From assembly GCA_964510925.1 (NCBI GenBank), contig CAZEDS010000003.1:19281-83280 (forward strand): a stretch of DNA of 64,000 nt, read 5' to 3'. The notes beneath the pieces are model-generated. The model did no database searches. It saw only the letters and a program-made list of their open reading frames with translations, and had not been told where the DNA came from. The translations under genes were made by a program, and so were the position numbers. Below, one piece after another: positions 18,673 to 28,475 of the stretch (position 1 is the first letter of the stretch; each line of letters opens with the position of its first letter). Source of the stretch: an uncultured Candidatus Saccharibacteria bacterium (GTDB lineage Bacteria; Patescibacteriota; WWE3; 2-01-FULL-39-13).

Positions 18673-21600
18673 CTAGATTAACGATAGTTGCTCATTACTC
18701 ATTTTTGATGGAATACCATCAGGCCAACAATGATGTTTAAAATCACAATTCTCACAAGTTGAATAGTCTTTGGTTCTATTAAAATTCAAATTCATCATAT
18801 TTGAATGAGCCTCGATTACAACTTTTTTGAATAAATCGATTTCATTTGAATCAAATGTAAAAACTTCACGCTTTGGTTTAGATTTTCTATTACCAATAAA
18901 ATCTAATGCAATTTCAGAAACTTTATACTGAAATGCAGCGTCTAAATCGATTATCAGTTTATAAAACATAATCTGCCTATATTCATCGCCTTTAGCAAAT
19001 GCTGTTTGTCCCATGATTTCGTTTCTGGATTTTGGATTTCCTGTTTTATAGTCGGTGATTTTTATAGTTTTTTCTTTTGGATCTAAAACTTCAATTTTAT
19101 CGATTTTACCTTGCAAATGAATGTTATTAAGCATTGGTTTGCTCCAACCATATCCAAAGAACTTTTCTAAAAAATAAAATTTTCCTTTGCTTTGTTCAAA
19201 CTCATCTCTATAGGTTTCATAATAAACTTTTAAAACCATTTCACCTTCAGCTAGGATTTCATTTTTTTCTTTATCATTAATAATCTCCTTATTTAGTGCT
19301 TTAATAAATTCGCCGTTCATAAACTCAAAAGTAGGAACCTGATTATCTTTTAAAAGCTTATAACACTCCTCTAAAGTCTTATGCACAGCAATTCCTAAAA
19401 TAAGAGCCTTTGTTTGAGCCTTTGGAGTTTTAAACAAAAATTGCAATTTAAATTTATATGGACAATCTAAGTAGGTATTAAGTGATGATGCTGATAATTT
19501 AAAATCTTTTAGAGCATCTTTCAAAAAAGCTCGTTCTTCATGAGTAAGAATCTTTTCCTGATAGTCATTTTTTAACATGTCCTTCATTATTTCTTGTGAA
19601 TTTTCTTCATATTCTGCGGCAGAAACCTCAGAAACCAATTCAGGAGATATCTCTTGAAGGAACATTGAATCAAGCGTTTCTTTGGCACTTTGATATGTTT
19701 TAGCAGAAGTTATATAAAGTGCTTTTTTCGCTCTGGTAAGTACAACAAAAAATAAACGTCGATCATCTTCTTCTTGATGATTCTTTTTTTGCTCAGGTGT
19801 TAACAAACTATTTGTCTCAAGAATATTGTTAGGAAGCTTTAATAGATCTCTCATGACAGAATTGCTCCATTTCTTATCAATAAATTGAGGCACAAATACA
19901 TATTCAAACTCTAAACCTTTAGATCTGTGTGCCGTAAGCAAATTTACAGCTTCATATTGAAGGTCATAACTTTCTTCATTAATACTGATTTTGTTCTCAT
20001 ACATTAAATCAATGTAATGTAAAAATTTGCTAAGAGTTAAATTTTTTTCAGTAGAATTTAAACGCTTAACTTCAGAAATAAATGAATTGATCTTCGAAAT
20101 AAGCAAGTAATTCTCTGGCTGCGAAATAACCCAATCTAAAAATCCTGACTTATTTAAAACTTTTTCAATAAATTCTATAAATGTAAGGTTAGCTGACTCC
20201 TTTTGCCAGTTTTCAATTTTTTCAATAAAGTCTTTTAGCTTTTTTTCAGAAGGCAAATTAATACTTGAAAAATCAGCATGCAAAATAGCCTCAAATAAAT
20301 TAATTTTCTTGCTTGATGCAAACCTAGAAAGTTTTAAAACATCTAATTGATCAAAATGCAAAAATTCATAATTCAATAATGTAAAAAGCTCAAGATCTTC
20401 ATCTGCTCGTGACATCTTGTCGATAACTTTTAACAAGTGTAAAAATCTAATAATTACACCTGATTTTAAAATGTTTTCGCCACCAACAATTTTGTATTTA
20501 ATATTAAATTTTGTAAGGACTTTTTTTATTTCTTCTGCATCAGCATTATTTCGATAAATAATTGCAATCTCTGATGGTTTAACCCGATTATTCAAAAGCT
20601 CATGAATCTGGTTTGCTATATAATAATTCTCTAAAAAATAAGTAGAGAATTTTGCATGATGTGTTTTTATTTTTTGATCACTGTTATTTTGATCAAATGA
20701 CTTTTGAACCTTTTCAATTTTTATTTGCTCTGAAATTCTTAGCTTGTTATTTTTTATAACACTTTGCGCCGTATCAATAATGTGTTGATTGCTTCTATAA
20801 TTTGTTTTAAGAACTATTATTTGTGTCTTTGGAAACTTATCATAAAAATTTATAATGTTTTCGATTGAAGCGCCCTGAAATCTATAAACAGATTGATCAT
20901 CATCACCAACGACAAATAAATTAGGATTATCAGCCCACTCGCCGTATGAATTAAGCAAATACAAAAGTTCAGCTTGTGCGGAATTTGTGTCTTGAAATTC
21001 ATCCACTAAAAAATATTGAAATTTTTCTTGATATCTTTTTAGAAAATCTGGAGAAGATTTAAATTTCTCGATCACAAAGTTAATCATGTCTTCAAAATCG
21101 TATCGTTTATACTTTTTTAGCTTTTCTAGATAAATTCTATAAATTTTTAATAGTTCATTGTTTTTATCTAAATCTTTTTCTTCTAGCTCTGAATCTTTTA
21201 TAATTTTTTCATACTCATCTGGATCTATGCTTTCTCTTTTTAAATCTTTAATTTTATCGATTGCTGTTTGCAAATAAAAATAGGGAGCATTAAAAGGTTT
21301 AATAATCTTTAAATCAAGTTCATCAAAAATTTCTTTAAAAATATAGATTCTTTCTAAATCTGATAATGGTTCAATTTGTGAAGAAGTAATAAATTCATCA
21401 GGATTTTCACGAATGATATCACTCGCAAATGAATGAAACGTATGAATATTTACGTAATATGCAGCTTTACCGGCAATTGAAACCAAACGCTCTTTCATTG
21501 CACGCACTCCTGATTCAGTAAAAGTTAATGCAAGTATTGCGTCTGGCGAAGTATCCGTTTGTATTAAAATATTTGCAATTCGCATTGAAAGAACTTGCGT

Positions 21601-21723
21601 TTTACCTGTTCCTGGACCAGCTAAAACTAAAACTGGTCCATTGATTGTATCGACTGCAATTTTTTGTTCAGCGTTTAATTTTTTATAACTTTCAGAATAT
21701 TGAAGATTTAAATCGTTCGTCAT
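18673..21723 (-). CDS. UvrD/PcrA-type SF1 helicase fused to C-terminal PD-(D/E)xK Cas4-like nuclease domain (AddA-like)
   Basis: Walker A AGPGTGKTQ, UvrD motifs; C-terminal CPYKFKLQ...DYKTG...CENCDFKHHC Cys cluster. Confidence 0.8.
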   Translation of the reverse strand: MTNDLNLQYSESYKKLNAEQKIAVDTINGPVLVLAGPGTGKTQVLSMRIANILIQTDTSPDAILALTFTESGVRAMKERLVSIAGKAAYYVNIHTFHSFASDIIRENPDEFITSSQIEPLSDLERIYIFKEIFDELDLKIIKPFNAPYFYLQTAIDKIKDLKRESIDPDEYEKIIKDSELEEKDLDKNNELLKIYRIYLEKLKKYKRYDFEDMINFVIEKFKSSPDFLKRYQEKFQYFLVDEFQDTNSAQAELLYLLNSYGEWADNPNLFVVGDDDQSVYRFQGASIENIINFYDKFPKTQIIVLKTNYRSNQHIIDTAQSVIKNNKLRISEQIKIEKVQKSFDQNNSDQKIKTHHAKFSTYFLENYYIANQIHELLNNRVKPSEIAIIYRNNADAEEIKKVLTKFNIKYKIVGGENILKSGVIIRFLHLLKVIDKMSRADEDLELFTLLNYEFLHFDQLDVLKLSRFASSKKINLFEAILHADFSSINLPSEKKLKDFIEKIENWQKESANLTFIEFIEKVLNKSGFLDWVISQPENYLLISKINSFISEVKRLNSTEKNLTLSKFLHYIDLMYENKISINEESYDLQYEAVNLLTAHRSKGLEFEYVFVPQFIDKKWSNSVMRDLLKLPNNILETNSLLTPEQKKNHQEEDDRRLFFVVLTRAKKALYITSAKTYQSAKETLDSMFLQEISPELVSEVSAAEYEENSQEIMKDMLKNDYQEKILTHEERAFLKDALKDFKLSASSLNTYLDCPYKFKLQFLFKTPKAQTKALILGIAVHKTLEECYKLLKDNQVPTFEFMNGEFIKALNKEIINDKEKNEILAEGEMVLKVYYETYRDEFEQSKGKFYFLEKFFGYGWSKPMLNNIHLQGKIDKIEVLDPKEKTIKITDYKTGNPKSRNEIMGQTAFAKGDEYRQIMFYKLIIDLDAAFQYKVSEIALDFIGNRKSKPKREVFTFDSNEIDLFKKVVIEAHSNMMNLNFNRTKDYSTCENCDFKHHCWPDGIPSKMSNEQLSLI

Positions 21724-21762
21724 TAGTATTCTAAACTTAGCAGAACAATGACAAAAAAGAAA

Positions 21763-22425
21763 TCACGATTTAATTTGTCTTGTAGTTTTTTGTGATTTTC
21801 GCCAATCAGCAATTAGTTTGTGATTACCAGTCAACAAAACTTCTGGAACTTTTTTTCCCATAAAATCTGCAGGTCTCGTATATTGAGGATAATCTAATTC
21901 ATTTCTATTTTCAGGATTAGAAAAAGATTCATCAGTATTAAAGTCATAATTTTTAATTACATTTGGAACTAGTCTAGATATCGAATCAATTATTACCATT
22001 ACAGGAATCTCGCCTCCGCTTAAAACATAATCGCCAATAGAAATTTCTAGATCAACAAAATTATCGATTATACGTTGGTCAATACCTTCGTATCTTCCGC
22101 ATATAAATATTATGTGTTCATTTTTAGATAGATCTTCAGAGACTTGTTGTGAAAATTTTTGCCCTTTTGGTGAAGTAAAGATTACCTTAGAATCCTTTTG
22201 CTTTAATTCGCTAATTGCTAAATATAATGGCTCAGGCATCATGATCATGCCAGTTCCACCTCCATATGGTTTATCATCAACTTGCCTATGTTTGTCGTTA
22301 CTCCATCTTCTTAAGTCGTGTATGTTTATTTTTAAAATTCCTGATTTTACAGCTTGTCCGATGACACCATATTCAAAAATATTTTTAAACATATCCGGAA
22401 AAATCGTAATAATATCAAAAGTCAT
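21763..22425 (-). CDS. trmD: tRNA (guanine37-N1)-methyltransferase TrmD
   Basis: MTFDIITIFPDMF N-terminus and SPOUT knot motifs. Confidence 0.9.
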   Translation of the reverse strand: MTFDIITIFPDMFKNIFEYGVIGQAVKSGILKINIHDLRRWSNDKHRQVDDKPYGGGTGMIMMPEPLYLAISELKQKDSKVIFTSPKGQKFSQQVSEDLSKNEHIIFICGRYEGIDQRIIDNFVDLEISIGDYVLSGGEIPVMVIIDSISRLVPNVIKNYDFNTDESFSNPENRNELDYPQYTRPADFMGKKVPEVLLTGNHKLIADWRKSQKTTRQIKS

Positions 22426-22840
22426 ATATGAATTGTAACAAGTGGAAATAAAAAAATCAGGAATGAGCCTTAAGGGTTTGGCAGCCTATGGGGCTCATTC
22501 CTGACAACTGTGATAGAAGCATTTACTATAAAAACCCGAGCCAATCAGCTCCGGAACTCGTAGTAAATGCCGTTTTTTGAGCAAAAGTGCATTACTTAGG
22601 TCGACACAAAGTGTACCAATAAAATATATGAAAAGATAGTAAAAAAAAATGGCAGGGAAGCTTTTGTGATGTTCCCTGCCTGAGGTAACTGCGAGGACCT
22701 ACTTAAGAGGCTTAAATTTTCTTTTCTTACTCATACATAATAAAAGAATGCTCAAGTCTCCTAAATAGACCCTATAATTCAGCAATTGAATTAATTGAGC
22801 GGTATTTTAGTACTATTTAACACCAATTGCAATAACAAAA

Positions 22841-22863
22841 AAGCCCTCTAAAAAAGAGGGCTT
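22841..22863 (-). terminator. intrinsic terminator hairpin AAGCCCTCT-AAAAA-AGAGGGCTT with T-run on minus strand (downstream of SIMPL gene), bidirectional
   Basis: 9-bp GC-rich stem, 5-nt loop, flanking U-tracts on both strands. Confidence 0.6.
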
Positions 22864-22891
22864 TAATTTTATTTAAGCTAAGCTCAAATTA

Positions 22892-23644
22892 TTATTGTAG
22901 TTCAAAAACTACAGATACTGTTTGGCCGACATTAGAAGTTCCTGGTTCAACATAACCACCACCACCACCGCCCATTCCTTTATCCATCATTCCATACATA
23001 GGCATGATGCCTCCATTTGAACCTTCGCCTACAGATATGATTTTTCCTAATTTTCGACCACTTGAAGCAGCTATGATTTCAGCTTTTGATCTAGCATCTT
23101 TTATTGCAGCATCCAAAAGTTTCTTTTGTGCTTCCATAGAGCTTGAAGAATCAACTGAAAAATTTGGTCCCCAAATATTTGTAGCTTTAGTTTTACCTAA
23201 AAGAACAGAAAGATCATTTACTTTATCCTTTGAATCAAAACGATAAATAATCTCAATTGTATTCGAAGCATTCCAATCAGTTGGTTTAGTTTTTTGTACA
23301 CCTTCTGAATCATAATAGGTTGAGGAGTTCTGGTAGATACTCGAGCTTGTCTTAATATCATCAGCACTTATACCAAAAGCTTTAACCTGCTTAATAATAT
23401 CTTCAGAATCAGATGACATCATGTCGAGTGCTTTTTGCTTTTCACTATTAGTTGCACTAACGATCACATTAAATGATGCAACTTCATTTGCGTTTTTGCC
23501 TTCGGCGTAACCAGCAACTGAAATTATATTTGCAGGCTGGTATTCAATTTTCCCCCAAGATACGTTTTTCCAAGGAAAAAAATAGACCAACCCAGCTAAT
23601 CCAACTAAAAAAACAATAGGTGAAAGAAGTAGAGAATATTTCAT
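22892..23644 (-). CDS. SIMPL (DUF541)-domain secreted/membrane-anchored protein
   Basis: N-terminal TM; overall resemblance to 26-kDa periplasmic immunogenic protein family; Gly-rich tail. Confidence 0.5.
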   Translation of the reverse strand: MKYSLLLSPIVFLVGLAGLVYFFPWKNVSWGKIEYQPANIISVAGYAEGKNANEVASFNVIVSATNSEKQKALDMMSSDSEDIIKQVKAFGISADDIKTSSSIYQNSSTYYDSEGVQKTKPTDWNASNTIEIIYRFDSKDKVNDLSVLLGKTKATNIWGPNFSVDSSSSMEAQKKLLDAAIKDARSKAEIIAASSGRKLGKIISVGEGSNGGIMPMYGMMDKGMGGGGGGYVEPGTSNVGQTVSVVFELQ

Positions 23645-23667
23645 ATGAATTTATGTTAGCACAAATT

Positions 23668-24228
23668 TTAATGGCAATCAGTGGCGCCCCAGTAACCGAC
23701 TTTGTTTTGCTGTGCATCCATTTGAGCACTTTTCAAAAGTCGTTCATATCGATTGCCTTTGTTATAGACAACGGCAAAAGCGTAGCCTTCTCTCACAAGT
23801 TTTTCATTTAGAATAGTGCCATCTTCAAGATAAACATATCTTAATAATCGTCCATATTTATCTTTATTCGAATCATTAGGATCACTTTCTAATCGAACAG
23901 AGGAATTTGCAATTAAACTTTGTAAATAAAATTTTGAATTGTATCCAAAGCATTCAGCAGTTTCATTTGAATGTTCGATTTCAGGAGCGTTTATACCAAT
24001 AAATCTGACAAGAACTGAACGCCCATCAATCGTTACACGAATTGTGTCTCCATCGATTATTCGCTCAACCTTATAAAAACGCTCGTCGTCTGTAGTACCT
24101 AAAACTTGATTTTGATGTGAATTGATTGGTTGCGATTGTAGCCAGATTACCTGATAAGCAAAGATGCCTGTAAAAATTACCCAAAAAGAAAATATCGCGT
24201 AATTGCGAAACTTAATGAGATTTTTCAT
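23668..24228 (-). CDS. membrane-anchored/secreted thermonuclease (SNase family)
   Basis: Staphylococcal-nuclease-like RVTIDGRSVLVRFIGINAPE ... YGRLLRYVYLEDGTILNEKLVREGYA. Confidence 0.7.
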   Translation of the reverse strand: MKNLIKFRNYAIFSFWVIFTGIFAYQVIWLQSQPINSHQNQVLGTTDDERFYKVERIIDGDTIRVTIDGRSVLVRFIGINAPEIEHSNETAECFGYNSKFYLQSLIANSSVRLESDPNDSNKDKYGRLLRYVYLEDGTILNEKLVREGYAFAVVYNKGNRYERLLKSAQMDAQQNKVGYWGATDCH

Positions 24229-24410
24229 CTATATCTATATTACAATAAATTTTTAATTTGCGATACAATTTTCACAATTTACCACTATCAATAGACAGAA
24301 TTCCATTTTATATTTATACTACTGTGTTATCGAATTTCTGTTTTGAAAAGTTTCTGTTTAGGCTCAAATTCAAAACACAATATTATTCATTTAAATAAAC
24401 AAAAAAATAT

Positions 24411-26255
24411 ATGGAAATAAGTACTATTCAACAAGATAAGAGTTTAGTGCCACACAAAGCTCACAGCAAACTAGGTGAGTTTTTTTCGACCGCAATTTGC
24501 GGAAACGACATTATGAGCTCTGTGCTCTATTTGTCAGGTTTTGCAGTCACATTTGCTGGGATTTTCGCCCCATTTGTATTATTAGCTATCGCCGGAGTCT
24601 TATATCTATATAAAAAGGTCTATACCGAAGTCGTTGAAGCTTTACCAGTTAATGGCGGTGCATACAACTGTTTATTAAATGGAACTTCAAAAAGTCTAGC
24701 GGCAATTGCCGGTATCATGACTTTTTTATCTTATATGGCAACTGCTGTTATTTCTGGAAAAGTTGGTATTCAGTATCTATTAGGAGCAATTGAAATTCTA
24801 AACCCAAATATCTTTGAAACATTCGTGCTATCAAGAGAAGTTACGATAATGGCGTTAACAATTGGATTACTACTAATATTTGCAGGACTAGTAATCTCAG
24901 GGTTAAAAGATTCTGCCAAAGTTGCAGCTGCAATTTTTATTTTGCACTTAAGCGTTTTAACGATTTTTACATTATTAAGTGTTTACTATATATCAACACA
25001 TCAATTTAACTTCTTTTTTACAGATATATATGCAAAAACCTCAGCTCTAACAATAGGAGAAGGCAGCATAATTTTTGCAAATGGAAAATGGCTCGACGCA
25101 TTGCTTTTAGCATTCGCAACTTCAATGTTAGGTATCACTGGATTTGAAAGCTCAGCAAACTTTGTTGAAGAACAGAAAAAAGGTGTTTTTAGAAAAACAC
25201 TCAGAAACATGTTCCTATGCGTCATGATTTTTAATCCATTAATCTGTTACGGATTATTAAATGTTCTTAATTATGAAGTTTTTAGTGATCCAGAAAAAAG
25301 AGACTTTTTGATGTTATTAGGTGCTCAAGTTGTTGGAGGAAATTTCTTTGCATTCGTTATGGGAATTGATGGATTTTTAGTTTTGGCAGGTGCAGTTTTG
25401 ACATCATATGTTGGAGTTAGCGGTTTGCTATCAAGAATTGCATCAGATAATTGTATTCCTTCCTTTTTAGATAAAACTAATAAAAATGGTGCATTCCCAT
25501 ATATTGTTTGGCTATTCTTCTTTATGTGCTCATCAATAATGATCATCACAAAAGGAAATCTTTATTCTTTAGCCGGTGTTTACACAATTTCATTCTTAGG
25601 AGTAATGAGCCTTTTTGCACTCGGAAACTTAATCTTAAAAGAGACTCGAAAAGACCTAAAACGAACATTCAGAGCCAATCGACTTGTTGTAATGCTCGCA
25701 TTATTGTCTACATTAATTGGTATTGCTGGAAATATTAAGGTTGAACACTCCAATTTAGGATTTTTCGCTTCATATTTTATACCAACAATCTCTTTATCTT
25801 TTATCTATATTTATAGAGATTTAATCATCAAATTTTTTATAAGATCTTCAGAAGGTTTCCCTAAAATACAAAACTACCTTTTAAAGCACTTTGAATCAAT
25901 CACAAAAGGCGAATACATTGTATTTGTTAACTCAACTACAAGATTGGCAACTATTTTCGAATACATTAGAAAGAATGAAACAGGTCTAAATTTAATCATT
26001 ATTCACTGTTCAAAGCACGCACACTCAAAAGTTTTAGATGAAATTAGAGAATCTATACCTGTTTTACAAAAAGCCGGTGTCGGAACAGACTTTAATATTC
26101 ATTTTGTACACTTTAACGGTATCTTTAGCCCTGAAGTCATAGACCAAATTACAAAAGAATTCAAAATTCAAAGAAATAATGTATTTATGGGCTCAATCCA
26201 TGAAAGCCATAAATTCGATTACGAAGATTTAAATGGAGTTAGAATAATATTCTAA
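24411..26255 (+). CDS. APC-superfamily amino acid permease with C-terminal cytoplasmic extension
   Basis: About 12 TM helices in first 450 aa, APC-like glycine patterns; soluble C-terminal 150 aa. Confidence 0.6.
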   Translation: MEISTIQQDKSLVPHKAHSKLGEFFSTAICGNDIMSSVLYLSGFAVTFAGIFAPFVLLAIAGVLYLYKKVYTEVVEALPVNGGAYNCLLNGTSKSLAAIAGIMTFLSYMATAVISGKVGIQYLLGAIEILNPNIFETFVLSREVTIMALTIGLLLIFAGLVISGLKDSAKVAAAIFILHLSVLTIFTLLSVYYISTHQFNFFFTDIYAKTSALTIGEGSIIFANGKWLDALLLAFATSMLGITGFESSANFVEEQKKGVFRKTLRNMFLCVMIFNPLICYGLLNVLNYEVFSDPEKRDFLMLLGAQVVGGNFFAFVMGIDGFLVLAGAVLTSYVGVSGLLSRIASDNCIPSFLDKTNKNGAFPYIVWLFFFMCSSIMIITKGNLYSLAGVYTISFLGVMSLFALGNLILKETRKDLKRTFRANRLVVMLALLSTLIGIAGNIKVEHSNLGFFASYFIPTISLSFIYIYRDLIIKFFIRSSEGFPKIQNYLLKHFESITKGEYIVFVNSTTRLATIFEYIRKNETGLNLIIIHCSKHAHSKVLDEIRESIPVLQKAGVGTDFNIHFVHFNGIFSPEVIDQITKEFKIQRNNVFMGSIHESHKFDYEDLNGVRIIF

Positions 26256-26262
26256 TCTTTGG

Positions 26263-26580
26263 TCAACTTTTTGTTGAAGCAAACCAACTTTGCTTCAACA
26301 AAAAAGGCGATAGTACTAATAACCAAATTCCTACAAACCAATAAAAATTAGGGAATACACTAATATCAAAAAAACTTGCTAATGAATCTGGTTCAAAAAT
26401 TATTCCAAATTGTATTACAAAAATTGCAAAGGCATTAATCGGATTTATCAGGCCAGAAGAGCAAAAATCCATTAATTCTCCGGTTTTATGACAAGGTATA
26501 AAAAGTGAGAAAAAATATAGCGAAAAATTAATAAGAACTGAATACAAAATTTTCTTTTTATAAATAGAATTTAAATACAT
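26263..26580 (-). CDS. hypothetical small membrane protein
   Basis: Hydrophobic ORF only. Confidence 0.25.
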   Translation of the reverse strand: MYLNSIYKKKILYSVLINFSLYFFSLFIPCHKTGELMDFCSSGLINPINAFAIFVIQFGIIFEPDSLASFFDISVFPNFYWFVGIWLLVLSPFLLKQSWFASTKS

Positions 26581-26622
26581 AATTAAAGAAAATCTTACAC
26601 CAAATTTAATTATTGTATAAAG

Positions 26623-27489
26623 TTATATATTTCTTCGATGGATCGAAACATCCGCACAAGAGCCATTAAGCGTATAAGCGAAGATTCCTTTAGCTTCATG
26701 ATAAGCGTAATTCTCTAAGTGTTCAGGTTTAGACGAAACTCCAAAGCCCTTAATATCAAAACCTTTTTTATTAAGGTTGTTTGCAAACATTAATCGATAA
26801 ATTCTTGGTAAATGTAACCCGTGAGAAACAATACCTAATGTTCCACCTTGTAATTGAGACAATAATGGTGATGTTAAAAAATTTTCTTCTTTAACTTGAT
26901 CGCCGGTTCTTTGAATTTCAGGATTTCTGCAAACTACAAGTTTTGAAGGTGGAAAATTAAAACGACCCGATTTAGCAGCTTCTACTAAATCGTCACACTG
27001 TTCCGCATAGCCGTTATAAAAGATGGTAGGTCCACAATCCTCAAGAAACTCTGGGATTTCATCTGGTAAAATACTAAATTTTTTGAGACCAGATTTTGCA
27101 TATGCAATTGAAAGAGCAAGGTGATATGCCTTAATCAACCTATTAGCATTGCCCCATTCATTATGAGGATGTCGATAGTAGCTAGGCTCTGAGTCCAGAA
27201 AAGGCTCTTTTGTATTACCGCTTCCAGAAAGTACCCAAAGCACAGGCATCTTTTGAGCTAATTCAGTAGAAATTTCTGCAGGTTGAAATGGATTAGTAGC
27301 CTCTTCTTGGCAAACTTCCATATCATACAATGCGTCTTCAACAATTCTTTTATGGTTAGCAGAAATCTTTGGATCCGTGGTTACCATTTCTGGATGATCT
27401 TTGTATGAATCCTGCAAAATTCTTTCTACAAGATCGGGATTTAATAATTTTTCTTCTTCAAACTGTTCAACTCTATACATTAGGGACAA
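26623..27489 (-). CDS. DUF218 (YdcF/ElyC-like) domain protein
   Basis: Motif LGIVSHGLHLPR resembling the DUF218 VTSxxHMxRA signature. Confidence 0.4.
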   Translation of the reverse strand: MSLMYRVEQFEEEKLLNPDLVERILQDSYKDHPEMVTTDPKISANHKRIVEDALYDMEVCQEEATNPFQPAEISTELAQKMPVLWVLSGSGNTKEPFLDSEPSYYRHPHNEWGNANRLIKAYHLALSIAYAKSGLKKFSILPDEIPEFLEDCGPTIFYNGYAEQCDDLVEAAKSGRFNFPPSKLVVCRNPEIQRTGDQVKEENFLTSPLLSQLQGGTLGIVSHGLHLPRIYRLMFANNLNKKGFDIKGFGVSSKPEHLENYAYHEAKGIFAYTLNGSCADVSIHRRNI

Positions 27490-27547
27490 ATTTTACGTTA
27501 AATTCGAAAATCTGCAAGATTGTATGTCTTTAATTGAAATTTAATAG

Positions 27548-27624
27548 TGGTGAGCGCCACAGGACTCGAACCTGTAACCTACTAGTTAAGAGCCAGTTGC
27601 TCTACCATTGAGCTAGGCGCCCAC
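27548..27624 (-). tRNA. tRNA-Lys (anticodon CTT)
   Basis: Hand-folded: acceptor GGGCGCC, anticodon loop CTCTTAA, T-arm ACAGG-TTCGAGT-CCTGT, CCA encoded. Confidence 0.8.
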
Positions 27625-27632
27625 ATTAATTT

Positions 27633-27709
27633 TGGTGCTCCCGAAAGGATTTGAACCTCCAACCTTTGGTTCCGAAGACCAACGCTCTATCCAGTTGAGC
27701 TACGAGAGC
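27633..27709 (-). tRNA. tRNA-Arg (anticodon TCG)
   Basis: Hand-folded: acceptor GCTCTCG, anticodon stem TTGGT/ACCAA with loop CTTCGGA, T-arm GGAGG-TTCAAAT-CCTTT, CCA encoded. Confidence 0.75.
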
Positions 27710-27797
27710 ATTTTATGCTGAAAACCGCAGTCGTTCTACACACCAAAAGTGTACCTCTAAATATGGTTTTTATAATATCCAGAAAAAGCAAAGCCAA

Positions 27798-27866
27798 TCA
27801 AGGATTCTGGTGGCCACTTTGTGACACCCCAAATGCTAACTCGCTGTGCTCCTAAGTATTTGGTGC
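27798..27866 (-). repeat. tRNA-Leu-associated composite repeat (b-type unit) overlapping the 3' end and trailer of tRNA-Leu(TAA)
   Basis: Minus-strand reading ...CGGCACCA|AATACTTAGGAGC-ACAGCGAGTTAGCATTTGGGGTGTCACAAAGTGGCCACCAG matches units at 36971-37033 and 43927-43954. Confidence 0.6.
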
Positions 27867-27946
27867 CGCGAGAGAGAATCGAACTCTCACTCCATTGCTG
27901 GAACCAGATTTTAAGTCTGACGTGTCTACCGTTCCACCACCGCGGC
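27861..27946 (-). tRNA. tRNA-Leu (anticodon TAA), long variable arm
   Basis: Hand-folded: acceptor GCCGCGG, anticodon loop CTTAAAA, variable arm, T-arm GAGAG-TTCGATT-CTCTC, CCA encoded. Confidence 0.8.
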
Positions 27947-28340
27947 ATACTATTTGGCGATGAGGATATTTTAGCATCAAACAATCTATTGTTGTATAAT
28001 TTTTATTATGGAACAAACAAGTGGAGGAAGAATCGTTGATCCGTTCGAAGCTGAGCAAGAACGTACAAAATGGATGAAACAAGGCGAATACGCTTTAGTC
28101 ATATTTTTACGTGGCATTGTTTTTGTTTTGACGGTTTTCCTTAAAATAATGTTAGAAGTCTTTAGGAACGTTCTTAGAACATTTAAGATACTTCCCAAAT
28201 AAATAAAAGTCGAGTACAATGAGCCCCTTGTTTATTTTATAGGGGGAAAGCAATGACTAGCTTATCAAAATCAGATACTCGTGCTTGGAGTGGATTCTAA
28301 CTTGCTATATAATTAGCAACGAAGGATAAAAACTTCATGT

Positions 28341-28418
28341 CGGGGTGTGGCACAGTTGGCTTAGCGCGCATCGTTTGGGACGATGAGGTCACAGGTTCAA
28401 GTCCTGTCACCCCGACCA
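28341..28418 (+). tRNA. tRNA-Pro (anticodon TGG)
   Basis: Hand-folded: acceptor CGGGGTG/CACCCCG, anticodon stem CATCG/CGATG with loop TTTGGGA, T-arm ACAGG-TTCAAGT-CCTGT, CCA encoded. Confidence 0.8.
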
Positions 28419-28475
28419 CAAAAAAAATCATCAAATCTCATTGTTAATCGAACTTCATTGTTATATCTTTAATCA

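Noticed and set aside
27757-28219. Five overlapping 60-77-aa ORFs around 27.8-28.2 kb
   Set aside because: They overlap the tRNA-Lys/Arg/Leu genes and the tRNA-associated repeat; no coding signal.
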